Part shown: in pieces, positions 25,835 to 34,653 of the stretch | Layout of the letters: the number at the start of each line of letters is the position of its first letter | Numbering within the stretch: the first letter of the stretch is position 1 | NCBI GenBank assembly: GCA_913052485.1 | Contig: CAJXDN010000001.1 | Coordinates: 2,444 to 66,443 of the forward strand | Direction: 5' to 3' | DNA length: 64,000 bases | From: an uncultured Flammeovirgaceae bacterium | Lineage (GTDB): Bacteria; Bacteroidota; Bacteroidia; Cytophagales; MED-G16 | Position numbers and translations under genes: made by a program | Notes under the pieces: generated by a model | Told to the model about the DNA's origin: nothing | The model's database searches: none | Seen by the model: the letters and a program-made list of their open reading frames with translations, nothing else

Positions 25835-27934
25835 ATGATTAGACTCTTTTTTCTTTTTTTCTTTATATCTAATCCCTCACACTCGCAAGAAGATTTCACT
25901 TTAGATCAAATTAAATCCTATCCATTCCCAAATGAGTTAACAGGATCTTCAGAGACTTCAAGGATTGCTTGGGCATTTGATGAAGAGGGAAAAAGAAATG
26001 TATACGTTGCGGAGGGACCATCCTACATAGCCAGAAGGTTAACCTCATACATGGATGATACCGGTCAAGAATTATCAAGTGTATCAATTTCTTCAGATGG
26101 CAATTGGGTTGTATATATAAGAGGTGGAGATTTTGGCTCAAATTGGGATGATGAACTTCCAGTAAATCCAACCTTTAACCCTGACCCTCCTAAAGTTCAG
26201 ATTTGGAGTATCCCCTTTAGAGGTGGTGATCCAATTATGATTGATGAGGGTATAAATCCAGTTATTTCTCCCCTAAGTGATCAGATTGCATATATCAAGG
26301 AAGGGCAGATATGGGTATCTTATATTGACGGTGAGGGTGGATCAAAAAAACTCTTTCATTCAAGAGGAAGAAATGGATCACATTCTTGGTCTCCCGATGG
26401 ATCAAAAATAGCATTTGTTTCTTATAGAGGTGACAGATCTTTTGTTGGAGTTTATAAAGACGAAAAAAGTAATATTAAGTGGATAAATCCCTCTTTTGAT
26501 AGAGACACATCTCCGAGGTGGTCTCCTGATGGGAATGAAATTGTCTACATAAGACAACCAGGAGCTGCTGGAGAACCCGACTCAATACTTGGAGCAAGAC
26601 ATGTACCATGGAAAATTGTGAAGTCAGATATAAATACACTGGTGAGTGAAGAATTGTGGGAAGCCCCCAAAACTATTAGAGGGTCATACCCAAGGACTCA
26701 GGGTGGAGCAAATCTGCACTGGGCGCATAAAAGGATAGTCTTTCTTTCATACCATGATGGATGGCAACATTTATATTCCATACCAGAAAGTGGGGGAGAA
26801 CCGACCCTACTTACCCCAGGTAACTTTATGTGTGAGTACATTAAATTATCTCCTGATAAAAAATCACTCGTGTTTACCGCAAATACGGGGGATGATGAGT
26901 ATGATATAGACAGAAGACATATCGTAAAAGTATCAGTAGATAAGTCAGACATGAAAGTTCTTACTAACGGTATTGGACTTGAGTGGACTCCTCTAATTAC
27001 TGGTGACTTAAACAATGTCGCATTCATAAGTGCAACATCAACCAGGCCCCCTTTGCCTTCAGTATTAAATCTGAATAATAATAAAATTAAATTGTTATCA
27101 GAAGACAGGATACCTAATGATTTTCCTTCTGTCAAGATGGTAATTCCAACTCAGATAAAATTTAAATCTACGGATGGAATTGAAGTATACGCTACAAAAT
27201 TTGAGAAAAAGGACAAAAAAAAGAATAAGCCTGCTGTGATTTATATTCATGGAGGACCACCAAGACAAATGTTATTAGGATGGCACTACTCATCTTATTA
27301 CTCTAATGCATACGCTTTAAATCAATACTTAGCTAATAAAGGTTTTGTAGTTATCTCTGTTAATTATAGACTTGGAATTGGTTATGGATTTGAGTTCCAT
27401 AATCCAGTCGATGGAGGTACCAAGGGTGCGTCAGAATATAGAGACGTGAAAGCTGCAGGTTTATGGCTCAATCAACAAAATAATATTGATAAAGATAGAA
27501 TTTATGTTTATGGTGGAAGTTATGGAGGATATTTAACAGCTATGGCTCTTGGTAGAGATTCAGATTTATTTTCTGGTGGGGTCGATATACATGGAGTACA
27601 CGACAGAACTTTATATGGATATTTAAACTCAATCAATTATGAGAAAGCTCCCGATTACGATTTAGCAAGAGAGACTGCCTGGAAATCATCGCCAGTTTCA
27701 GATATAGATACTTGGAAATCTCCAGTATTAATTATTCATGCTGATGATGACAGAAATGTATATTTTAAACAAAGTACAGATCTAGTCCAGAGGCTTAGGA
27801 AAAAGAAAGTTTATATGGAGACAATGGTGATAGTTGATGATACCCATCATTTCATGTTATTTGATAACCAGATGAAAGTCAATAAGGCTACTGCTGATTT
27901 TCTGATTAGATTAGCTGAAGATAAAATCAATTAG
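25835..27934 (+). CDS. S9-family serine peptidase (TolB-like beta-propeller + prolyl oligopeptidase/DPP-type alpha/beta hydrolase)
   Basis: Signal peptide from the ATG at 25835 (MIRLFFLFFFISNPSHSQ). Repeated SPDG propeller motifs, nucleophile elbow GGSYGGY, distal D (HADDD) and H (DDTHHF). Confidence 0.85.
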   Translation: MIRLFFLFFFISNPSHSQEDFTLDQIKSYPFPNELTGSSETSRIAWAFDEEGKRNVYVAEGPSYIARRLTSYMDDTGQELSSVSISSDGNWVVYIRGGDFGSNWDDELPVNPTFNPDPPKVQIWSIPFRGGDPIMIDEGINPVISPLSDQIAYIKEGQIWVSYIDGEGGSKKLFHSRGRNGSHSWSPDGSKIAFVSYRGDRSFVGVYKDEKSNIKWINPSFDRDTSPRWSPDGNEIVYIRQPGAAGEPDSILGARHVPWKIVKSDINTLVSEELWEAPKTIRGSYPRTQGGANLHWAHKRIVFLSYHDGWQHLYSIPESGGEPTLLTPGNFMCEYIKLSPDKKSLVFTANTGDDEYDIDRRHIVKVSVDKSDMKVLTNGIGLEWTPLITGDLNNVAFISATSTRPPLPSVLNLNNNKIKLLSEDRIPNDFPSVKMVIPTQIKFKSTDGIEVYATKFEKKDKKKNKPAVIYIHGGPPRQMLLGWHYSSYYSNAYALNQYLANKGFVVISVNYRLGIGYGFEFHNPVDGGTKGASEYRDVKAAGLWLNQQNNIDKDRIYVYGGSYGGYLTAMALGRDSDLFSGGVDIHGVHDRTLYGYLNSINYEKAPDYDLARETAWKSSPVSDIDTWKSPVLIIHADDDRNVYFKQSTDLVQRLRKKKVYMETMVIVDDTHHFMLFDNQMKVNKATADFLIRLAEDKIN

Positions 27935-30821
27935 ATTTTATAGGATCCTCCCTTACTACAATTTTGTCAGTAAACTCTTTTCCATTCTCAAGACGAATTT
28001 TAAGATTATAAATTCCTTCACTTGCTTCAAAATTTTCATATAATTTTTCAGGGAAAATTCTTTCTCCACCTGCGTACATACCATAATTGTCTAGGAATTT
28101 CTTCCTGATTAAATTTAAATTTGTAAAAGATTTTTGAGCCTTAAAATTATAGGAATCTAATCCTCTCTTTTCGCGAACAATATCTTTAAACTCTTTTTTT
28201 ATTGCAATAAATTTTTCTCGATAACTATTAAATTCTTCCTGAGTTCTATTTAGTTTGAATGGCCAGATAAATCTGTTAATTCCTTCTTTAATATCTAGAG
28301 ACATTTTAAATATTGGACCACTAGAATCCTTTTCATTATTTTTAGAAATTATTAACTCACCTTTTGTACTTATAGTACTGAAGAAATTAATCATCGACCC
28401 GTATGACGGATTCTCACCTCTAAACTCGAAAAATGGTTGTTTTCTTCCAGTATTTATTTTTATCCATTTAGTAGAAAGTCTTGAAGGTAGAAGATTATCT
28501 TCTCTTTTGTTTAGAAATCTTAGTGGATTTATATCATCTAAAATCCAGATGCTTCTTCCATGAGTTCCAGCTATCAAATCACCATCTCTAGGATGGATAA
28601 CAAGGTCATGTATTGCTACTGTTGGTAGATTACTACCTAGTTTTTCCCATGTGGTTCCTCGGTTATTACTGAAATAGACAGATTTCTCAGTTCCTACAAA
28701 AAGTAAATTTTCATCTATGTAATCCTCCCTTATCACATAGACTGAATAGTCTTCTGGTAAGTTTGATGATATATTGGTCCAAGTATCACCAAAATCTTCT
28801 GTAAAAAAAACATAGGGTCTATTATCATCAAATCTATGATTATCAAAAGACACATACGCTCTACCTTTAGAATGTTTTGAAGCTTCAACTCTACTAACCC
28901 ATATTTTCTCAGGAATTCCATTAATATTGTTCTTTACGTTTTTCCATGTCTCACCATTATCTTTTGTTACTTGTACATTTCCGTCATCAGTTCCAACCCA
29001 TATAGATGATGTATCAATTGGAGTATCACTTATAGTAATTATTGTATAATGATTTTCACCACCGGTGTTACTATTTGTTAAACCTCCACCATCTGATGTA
29101 TTTCTTAGAGTCTTATCATTAGTAGTGAGATCGGGACTAATAATTTTCCAGTTATCTCCCCTGTCATATGATTGGAAAAGATGATTGGATCCAAATAAAA
29201 CTTTTTTCGAGTTATGAGATGAAATTATGAATGGACTACTCCAATTAAATCTAAATTGTGGAGGGAGAAGTGGCCTATCTGGTCTCTCTCTAAAGAACCA
29301 ATGTTCACCAGGGTCAATTGTATATCTATTTCTCGTCTCATCATAATCATAATCTACAAAATCTTTAAAATTCAAAATAGTTTCAGGAGTAGGTGTAATG
29401 AAGGAGTATTCTCTAGTTTCTATGTTTTGCCTCGCAACAAATCCAACATGATTGACTGTATATATTGTTCTCCAATCTTCAGGATCAATTTGAGTATGGA
29501 AACCGTCTCCCTCAGCTACCCAAGTACTATGCATATTTAAAATCCCTCTGTATTCTCTACTATTGCTGGGTGTGACCCATAGTCCATTATCCTGTAAACC
29601 CCCTCCGACGTAATACGGATCTCTCATGTCAACACCAATTGCATAGTATTGGCCAATTGCCATGTTATTGTGAGATATCCAACTTTTTCCTCCGTCGACT
29701 GATAATCTGGAACCTTGATCAGTTGCTAAGTACATAATTTTATTGTCGTATGGTGCAATCCACATATCGTGATCGTCTCCACCGTCTGTTCTCCATCTTC
29801 TTGGTTTAAAGCTTTTTCCACCATCATTAGATATCATAAAGCCTCTTGATACAACATATATATTATCTGGGTTAACAGGATCAATTTCAATTTGTCCATG
29901 ATAGAAAGGCCTAACTGCATGCTTTAACAAAAAATTCCATGATTCGCCCTCATCATATGATATATAAACACCGGTTCCTGGCTCATTTTCAGGTATGTTT
30001 TCGTCTGCCTCGTAAGCCATTACCATAATTTTCGGATCGTTCAAATGGATAGATATATCAATCATACCACTTTTTCCTTTTGCAAGACCGTCGGTAATTT
30101 TTCTCCAATTCTTCCCACCGTCAGAAGATTTAAATAGACCTCCTTGTTCCCCGCCACTAACAAAGCTAGCTGGTTGTCTGAGTCTGTGATAAAAACCAGC
30201 AAACATGATATCAGGATTCCTAGGATGAAAAATTATTTCTGTACAGCCTGTTTTCCCATCATCAGGAAGACCCCCTAAAACCTTTTCCCAATTTTTTCCT
30301 CCGTTAGTAGACTTAAAAAGACCTCGATCACCAGAATAACCCCACAAGTGTCCGACAGCAGCAGCATATATAATATTTGAATTATTTGGGTGAATTTCTA
30401 TCTCTGCAATTTGGTGAGTTGATTTAAGTCCCATGTTTATGAATGACTTCCCACCATCTGTGGATTTATAAATTCCATCACCCCATGCACTCGAATTCCT
30501 ATTTGCTGACTCACCTGTGCCAACCCATATAGTATTTAAATTATTTTGATCAAATTTTACTGATCCAATTGAACCTGCTCCATAATTATCAAAAATGCTT
30601 TCCCAAGTAATCCCTGCATTTTCAGATTTAAAAACACCCCCCGAAGCTGAGGCAATTAATACCTTTCTATAGTCAGAATTTGATGCATCTATAGCCGCAA
30701 TTCGGCCCATCATATTCGCAGGTCCGATATTTCTCCATAATAAATTTTCTGTGTTTAAATTTTGACTGTAAATTTCAACTTTGAAAATACAAAGGATTAA
30801 GAATAGTATAATTTTTTTCAT
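27927..30821 (-). CDS. secreted BNR/Asp-box repeat protein (sortilin/VPS10-like double propeller)
   Basis: At least 11 Asp-box motifs (S-x-D-x-G-x-(T/S)-W/F), including SENAGITW, STDGGKSF, STNGGKNW, SSDGGKNW, SVDGGKSW, TKDNGETW and TEDFGDTW. Confidence 0.8.
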   Translation of the reverse strand: MKKIILFLILCIFKVEIYSQNLNTENLLWRNIGPANMMGRIAAIDASNSDYRKVLIASASGGVFKSENAGITWESIFDNYGAGSIGSVKFDQNNLNTIWVGTGESANRNSSAWGDGIYKSTDGGKSFINMGLKSTHQIAEIEIHPNNSNIIYAAAVGHLWGYSGDRGLFKSTNGGKNWEKVLGGLPDDGKTGCTEIIFHPRNPDIMFAGFYHRLRQPASFVSGGEQGGLFKSSDGGKNWRKITDGLAKGKSGMIDISIHLNDPKIMVMAYEADENIPENEPGTGVYISYDEGESWNFLLKHAVRPFYHGQIEIDPVNPDNIYVVSRGFMISNDGGKSFKPRRWRTDGGDDHDMWIAPYDNKIMYLATDQGSRLSVDGGKSWISHNNMAIGQYYAIGVDMRDPYYVGGGLQDNGLWVTPSNSREYRGILNMHSTWVAEGDGFHTQIDPEDWRTIYTVNHVGFVARQNIETREYSFITPTPETILNFKDFVDYDYDETRNRYTIDPGEHWFFRERPDRPLLPPQFRFNWSSPFIISSHNSKKVLFGSNHLFQSYDRGDNWKIISPDLTTNDKTLRNTSDGGGLTNSNTGGENHYTIITISDTPIDTSSIWVGTDDGNVQVTKDNGETWKNVKNNINGIPEKIWVSRVEASKHSKGRAYVSFDNHRFDDNRPYVFFTEDFGDTWTNISSNLPEDYSVYVIREDYIDENLLFVGTEKSVYFSNNRGTTWEKLGSNLPTVAIHDLVIHPRDGDLIAGTHGRSIWILDDINPLRFLNKREDNLLPSRLSTKWIKINTGRKQPFFEFRGENPSYGSMINFFSTISTKGELIISKNNEKDSSGPIFKMSLDIKEGINRFIWPFKLNRTQEEFNSYREKFIAIKKEFKDIVREKRGLDSYNFKAQKSFTNLNLIRKKFLDNYGMYAGGERIFPEKLYENFEASEGIYNLKIRLENGKEFTDKIVVREDPIKSN

Positions 30822-30876
30822 TTATTTTCTGATTATGAATTGAAATTATATTTTTTTTTTTAAAATAGGTAATAAA

Positions 30877-31509
30877 TTGAGTGAAAGAGTTGAATCAAAT
30901 ACTGAAAAAAAATTAAACTACATAACACACGGTATAGGTCTTATTTTGAGTATTATTGGATTCTATTATCTGCTATCAAGAACGTATAATATAGAGTCAC
31001 CAGATAAATTATTTTCATCAGTAGTGTATGGTCTGTCGCTGATCATTATGTATAGCTCCTCAACCTTATATCACTATTTTATAGATACTAGATTTTCATC
31101 TGCTCTACAAAAAATGGATCATATAAGTATTTATTTACTAATTGCAGGATCATATACTCCTGGATTAATTCTTAAACTACAGTATAGTCTTGGAATAGAG
31201 ATATTTTTTATTATTTGGCTTACAACATTAATAGGAATAATTCATAAAATATTTTTTTTCAAATATTACCAGAAGATCTCTTTGTTTATATATTTAGTTA
31301 TGGGTTGGTTGATTGTAATTGATTTCGGAGCGATAGTAGAATCTTTTTCTAATTACTCAATAATACTGATGGTTTCGGGTGGTATATTTTATACTTTAGG
31401 AACTATTTTCTATGCTCAAGATAAATTAAGATATAATCATGTTATTTGGCATATATTTGTAATGGCGGGGTCAGCATGTCATTTCTTCATGATAAGTTCT
31501 ATAATTTAA
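30877..31509 (+). CDS. hemolysin III/PAQR family membrane protein
   Basis: 7-TM profile, N-terminal ...N.ITHGIG, conserved HIF... near the C-terminus. A TTG start is needed to include the conserved N-terminus. Confidence 0.8.
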   Translation: MSERVESNTEKKLNYITHGIGLILSIIGFYYLLSRTYNIESPDKLFSSVVYGLSLIIMYSSSTLYHYFIDTRFSSALQKMDHISIYLLIAGSYTPGLILKLQYSLGIEIFFIIWLTTLIGIIHKIFFFKYYQKISLFIYLVMGWLIVIDFGAIVESFSNYSIILMVSGGIFYTLGTIFYAQDKLRYNHVIWHIFVMAGSACHFFMISSII

Positions 31510-31904
31510 TTATTTCTCACAAAAAATACTCGATTATAGTTGGCCTCAAATTTTCTATTCATCAACTCATTATATACTTCATTAGAATCTATTATTAATG
31601 TATCACCTTTAAGCGTTATCGAACTCTCTACTACTTGTCTGTACTTATGATATATATCAATTTTATCTCCATCTAGTTTGAAATCATAATAACTTCTTTC
31701 CCCATTCTTATAAATCATCTCAATATAGTTCCACTCATTAATTTGCATCTCTCTGTCACCAAAGAAGTTACAGTGAGAGACTTGGAATCCCAAGGCGTCA
31801 TTATCTAAGCAAACTCTTTCCCAATTTCCAACAATATTTTCAATGGCCACCTCATCATCCATTCCAATAATCGTTACAAGAATTAAAAAAAAATTAAATA
31901 TCAC
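31506..31904 (-). CDS. hypothetical protein with an N-terminal hydrophobic anchor
   Basis: 132-aa ORF with a 4-nt overlap with the upstream MBL-fold gene. No motif recognised. Confidence 0.5.
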   Translation of the reverse strand: MIFNFFLILVTIIGMDDEVAIENIVGNWERVCLDNDALGFQVSHCNFFGDREMQINEWNYIEMIYKNGERSYYDFKLDGDKIDIYHKYRQVVESSITLKGDTLIIDSNEVYNELMNRKFEANYNRVFFVRNN

Positions 31905-32665
31905 CTTATGGTTTTTTTATCATAATTATCAATTCGAATAAAATTAATTAAGTTTTCAGATTCTATTTTATCAAAATCAGCATATTTAATCTTTGCTAGA
32001 GATGATACTAACCCCTTTGCAATTTTTTCTTCGTCGTGAGTATTTATAGTTTTCTCCGGTTTTATTTGATTATATAACTCATATACATTTTCCATCCCCG
32101 GATTAACTTTACCTCCCATTATCTTAGGGATTTCAAACTCAGTGAAAGTTGTAATCAATAATTTGATTGAAAAATCATTAATTATTTTTAATTGTTTTTT
32201 ATTAAGAACAAAACCGTGAGGTGCGTAAAATATTGCCTCGTTTTTACTATTTATTATTGCTGCTGAGTAATAAATTGGGTCTAGAAGTTTGTCAGGTCTA
32301 AAAGATAAAAATGATAAATTTCCAAATTTTGTTATTTTATTATCTTCAAGGTGTGTTATAGATCTATTTGGGAATTTATTTTTTAATTTTTTATATGCTT
32401 TTCCCGTGGCAATAATTGGTTTTGTTTCAGGTATTTCTTCTAAAGTTTTAAGGTGACAATGATCTTCATAATTTTGAGATATTAAAAGAAAATTAAAGTT
32501 AGGTATATTTTTGACCTTAACAGGTTCCTTAATATGCCACTGCTGATTAAGCCATTTTGAGCCATCTATTTCAGATCCAATTAGCCATGGGTCTATAATA
32601 AATTTTTCTTCTTCAAATTCTATATGCCAGGATGAGTCAAGGTTAAGTCTTTTAACAGATAACAT
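31901..32665 (-). CDS. MBL-fold (metallo-beta-lactamase superfamily) protein with a degenerate HxHxDH motif
   Basis: LLISQNYEDHCH occupies the position of the HxHxDH motif. Overall length and pattern resemble the Lactamase_B_2/3 families. Confidence 0.55.
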   Translation of the reverse strand: MLSVKRLNLDSSWHIEFEEEKFIIDPWLIGSEIDGSKWLNQQWHIKEPVKVKNIPNFNFLLISQNYEDHCHLKTLEEIPETKPIIATGKAYKKLKNKFPNRSITHLEDNKITKFGNLSFLSFRPDKLLDPIYYSAAIINSKNEAIFYAPHGFVLNKKQLKIINDFSIKLLITTFTEFEIPKIMGGKVNPGMENVYELYNQIKPEKTINTHDEEKIAKGLVSSLAKIKYADFDKIESENLINFIRIDNYDKKTIR

Positions 32666-32701
32666 TAAATATATATTTTTGTAAAAAGTTTAAATATTAC
32701 T

Positions 32702-33343
32702 GTGATATCCAAAAATAAATTTTTTTTACTTTTAATTCTACTTTATTTACCTAATAAAGGTTTTGCTACTAACTTGAAAGTTGGATTACATAGTGCCATT
32801 GGCTTCTCAACGATATCGGCAACGAATGCCCCAAGAGAATTTAATATCGGCAAGGGTTTTCTTCCCAGTTTTCAGTTTGGGTTAAGCTCAGAATTTATTT
32901 TGTATAATAACTATAACATTGTTACAGAAATAAATTTTTCATCAAAAGGGTACAGTAATATTTTTTCTGGTATAAGAGTAAGATCACACTATAATTATAT
33001 TACAATACCCATAAAATTAAAAACTAGAATATCAGAAGAGATTAACTTTCAGTTTGGACCATATATAGGTATCGCTATAAAAGAGTATATAAAAAATAAC
33101 ATATCTGATCAAAAAGTTTATGGAAGCATTGGTAATTCAATAAATAGCGAGCCACCGAATACTTTAAAGCCTCTTGATTTTGGCCTGGAGACAGGGATAG
33201 CGTATGAATTTGAAAATTTTTCAATAGGTTGTTTTCTTTCGTATGGTATCCTTAATACTCGACCAGGTGGTGGAATTGGTAGCTCAATAAGAAATTTATC
33301 TACACAGATCAGGTTTCATTATAACATTTTAAATAAAGAATAA
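32702..33343 (+). CDS. outer-membrane beta-barrel protein (porin-family/OMP_b-brl-like)
   Basis: Signal peptide, alternating beta-strand pattern, C-terminal aromatic strand (QIRFHYNIL). GTG start. Confidence 0.6.
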   Translation: MISKNKFFLLLILLYLPNKGFATNLKVGLHSAIGFSTISATNAPREFNIGKGFLPSFQFGLSSEFILYNNYNIVTEINFSSKGYSNIFSGIRVRSHYNYITIPIKLKTRISEEINFQFGPYIGIAIKEYIKNNISDQKVYGSIGNSINSEPPNTLKPLDFGLETGIAYEFENFSIGCFLSYGILNTRPGGGIGSSIRNLSTQIRFHYNILNKE

Positions 33344-33344
33344 A

Positions 33345-33527
33345 ATGAGAAGATTATACAGAGATAGTTTAAATGGACTGATTGGAGGAGTTTGTGAAGG
33401 TTTAGGAGAATATTTCTCAATAGATCCCATTATATTTAGATTGATTTTTATTGCTTCATTTTTTATGTTAGGTGGTGGAATTTTAACATATTTTATTGCA
33501 TGGGTAATAATCCCTGATAGATATTAA
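33345..33527 (+). CDS. PspC-domain membrane protein
   Basis: LYRDSLNGLIGGVCEGLGEYFSIDPIIFRLIFI matches the PspC domain signature. One TM. Confidence 0.8.
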   Translation: MRRLYRDSLNGLIGGVCEGLGEYFSIDPIIFRLIFIASFFMLGGGILTYFIAWVIIPDRY

Positions 33528-33650
33528 TTAATCATCATCTATTTTTCTTGACCTTTTATAAACTTTTCCAGAAGGTTTAATTTTTGTTGAATTTTTCCTT
33601 CTAACAATCTGAGCTAATTGCCCTTTATTCTCCTTTTTTTTATTTGACAT
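33528..33650 (-). CDS. 40-aa highly basic mini-ORF (speculative)
   Basis: Manual translation gives MSNKKKENKGQLAQIVRRKNSTKIKPSGKVYKRSRKIDDD*. Its start abuts the stop of 33651..33965 with no spacer. Confidence 0.3.
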   Translation of the reverse strand: MSNKKKENKGQLAQIVRRKNSTKIKPSGKVYKRSRKIDDD

Positions 33651-33965
33651 CTACAGGGCTAATTTTTGCTTGATAAACTTTCTTTTTATAACTACTCCCT
33701 GTTCTACAGACTGAATAACTAAAGTGTCTTTTTTAATGTAGAATGTCTGTTCTTTTGAGCTTCCATTATCTTTTTTAATTTTAATGAAATTATTTTTTTG
33801 AGAAAAGTTATACTTGGTAATATCAACCTGTCCAATTTCTATAAGATTTCCATCATCCTTGAAGTTTAAATACTTAATTTCATTTTCCTCAATAGATTTC
33901 CATATTCCAATCAAATTATCATTCAGAAAAAAGGTTAAAGTAATTATAAATATTAATGGTTTCAT
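33651..33965 (-). CDS. small secreted hypothetical protein
   Basis: 104 aa with a signal peptide and an (L)IGIWKS motif reminiscent of lipocalin-like small proteins. Confidence 0.5.
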   Translation of the reverse strand: MKPLIFIITLTFFLNDNLIGIWKSIEENEIKYLNFKDDGNLIEIGQVDITKYNFSQKNNFIKIKKDNGSSKEQTFYIKKDTLVIQSVEQGVVIKRKFIKQKLAL

Positions 33966-34064
33966 GAATCCTAATTTAATTTAAATATCACATAGATATT
34001 AGAAAAATTATTGAAATTCTAACTTTTTGAATTATTTTGAATCAAAATTAAATAATTAAGATTT

Positions 34065-34313
34065 ATGAAAAATATATTAAAATTTCAGAATTATCTGAAC
34101 TTCCAAAATTTGACTTTTTTTGGTTTATTAATTTTAGCATATCAAAATTTTGAGTCAAGAAATAAGATAAATGAACTAAACTCGAATATTGAATATGCAT
34201 TATTTGAATTAGAAGAAATTAAGAAGGAAACAAAAGAAGCTAATAAATATGCCAAGTCTGCAAATACTATGGCATTCTCAATTTTTTCTGAAATAGAAAA
34301 TGATAAAAAATAA
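34065..34313 (+). CDS. hypothetical single-TM coiled-coil protein
   Basis: 82-aa ORF with one hydrophobic helix followed by charged heptad-like sequence. Overlaps the next gene by 14 nt. Confidence 0.45.
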   Translation: MKNILKFQNYLNFQNLTFFGLLILAYQNFESRNKINELNSNIEYALFELEEIKKETKEANKYAKSANTMAFSIFSEIENDKK

Positions 34314-34647
34314 ACAATTCCTTTCATTAATGGTTTTTATGTTTTTGATTCCACATATAATATGTGCTCAAAAAATATTTCCAGTTAAGTATCAGTCAGA
34401 GTCTGACTTAAAAGTTTTCGTTGTTGATTACGAGAGTCAGGCAGATTTAAAGGTTTATAAATTACAATATATGTCCCAGGTAAAAGGTAATGATGGATTA
34501 TGGTATTTTGCAAAATATAAAAGTGAAGCAGATAAAAAAATATATTTTGTTGATTACCAGAGTCAAAGTGATTTGAAAATTTTTTTTGTGAAGTATAAAT
34601 CTCAGGCAGGCTGGAGAAACAAAGGTAAGATACACCTCATGTACTAA
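34300..34647 (+). CDS. secreted repeat protein (about 13-aa K-[IV]-[FY]-x-V-[DK]-Y-x-S-x-[AS]-D-L repeats; DUF6150-like)
   Basis: Signal peptide, then units KIFPVKYQSESDL / KVFVVDYESQADL / KVYKLQYMSQ... / KIYFVDYQSQSDL / KIFFVKYKSQAG. Confidence 0.6.
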   Translation: MIKNKQFLSLMVFMFLIPHIICAQKIFPVKYQSESDLKVFVVDYESQADLKVYKLQYMSQVKGNDGLWYFAKYKSEADKKIYFVDYQSQSDLKIFFVKYKSQAGWRNKGKIHLMY

Positions 34648-34653
34648 TCATTC

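Noticed and set aside
30851-30861. A T11 homopolymer in the divergent promoter between the BNR-repeat gene and hlyIII, as a possible phase-variation switch
   Set aside because: Homopolymeric A/T runs of 8-11 nt are common throughout this AT-rich window, including terminator tails. Nothing else here suggests contingency regulation.
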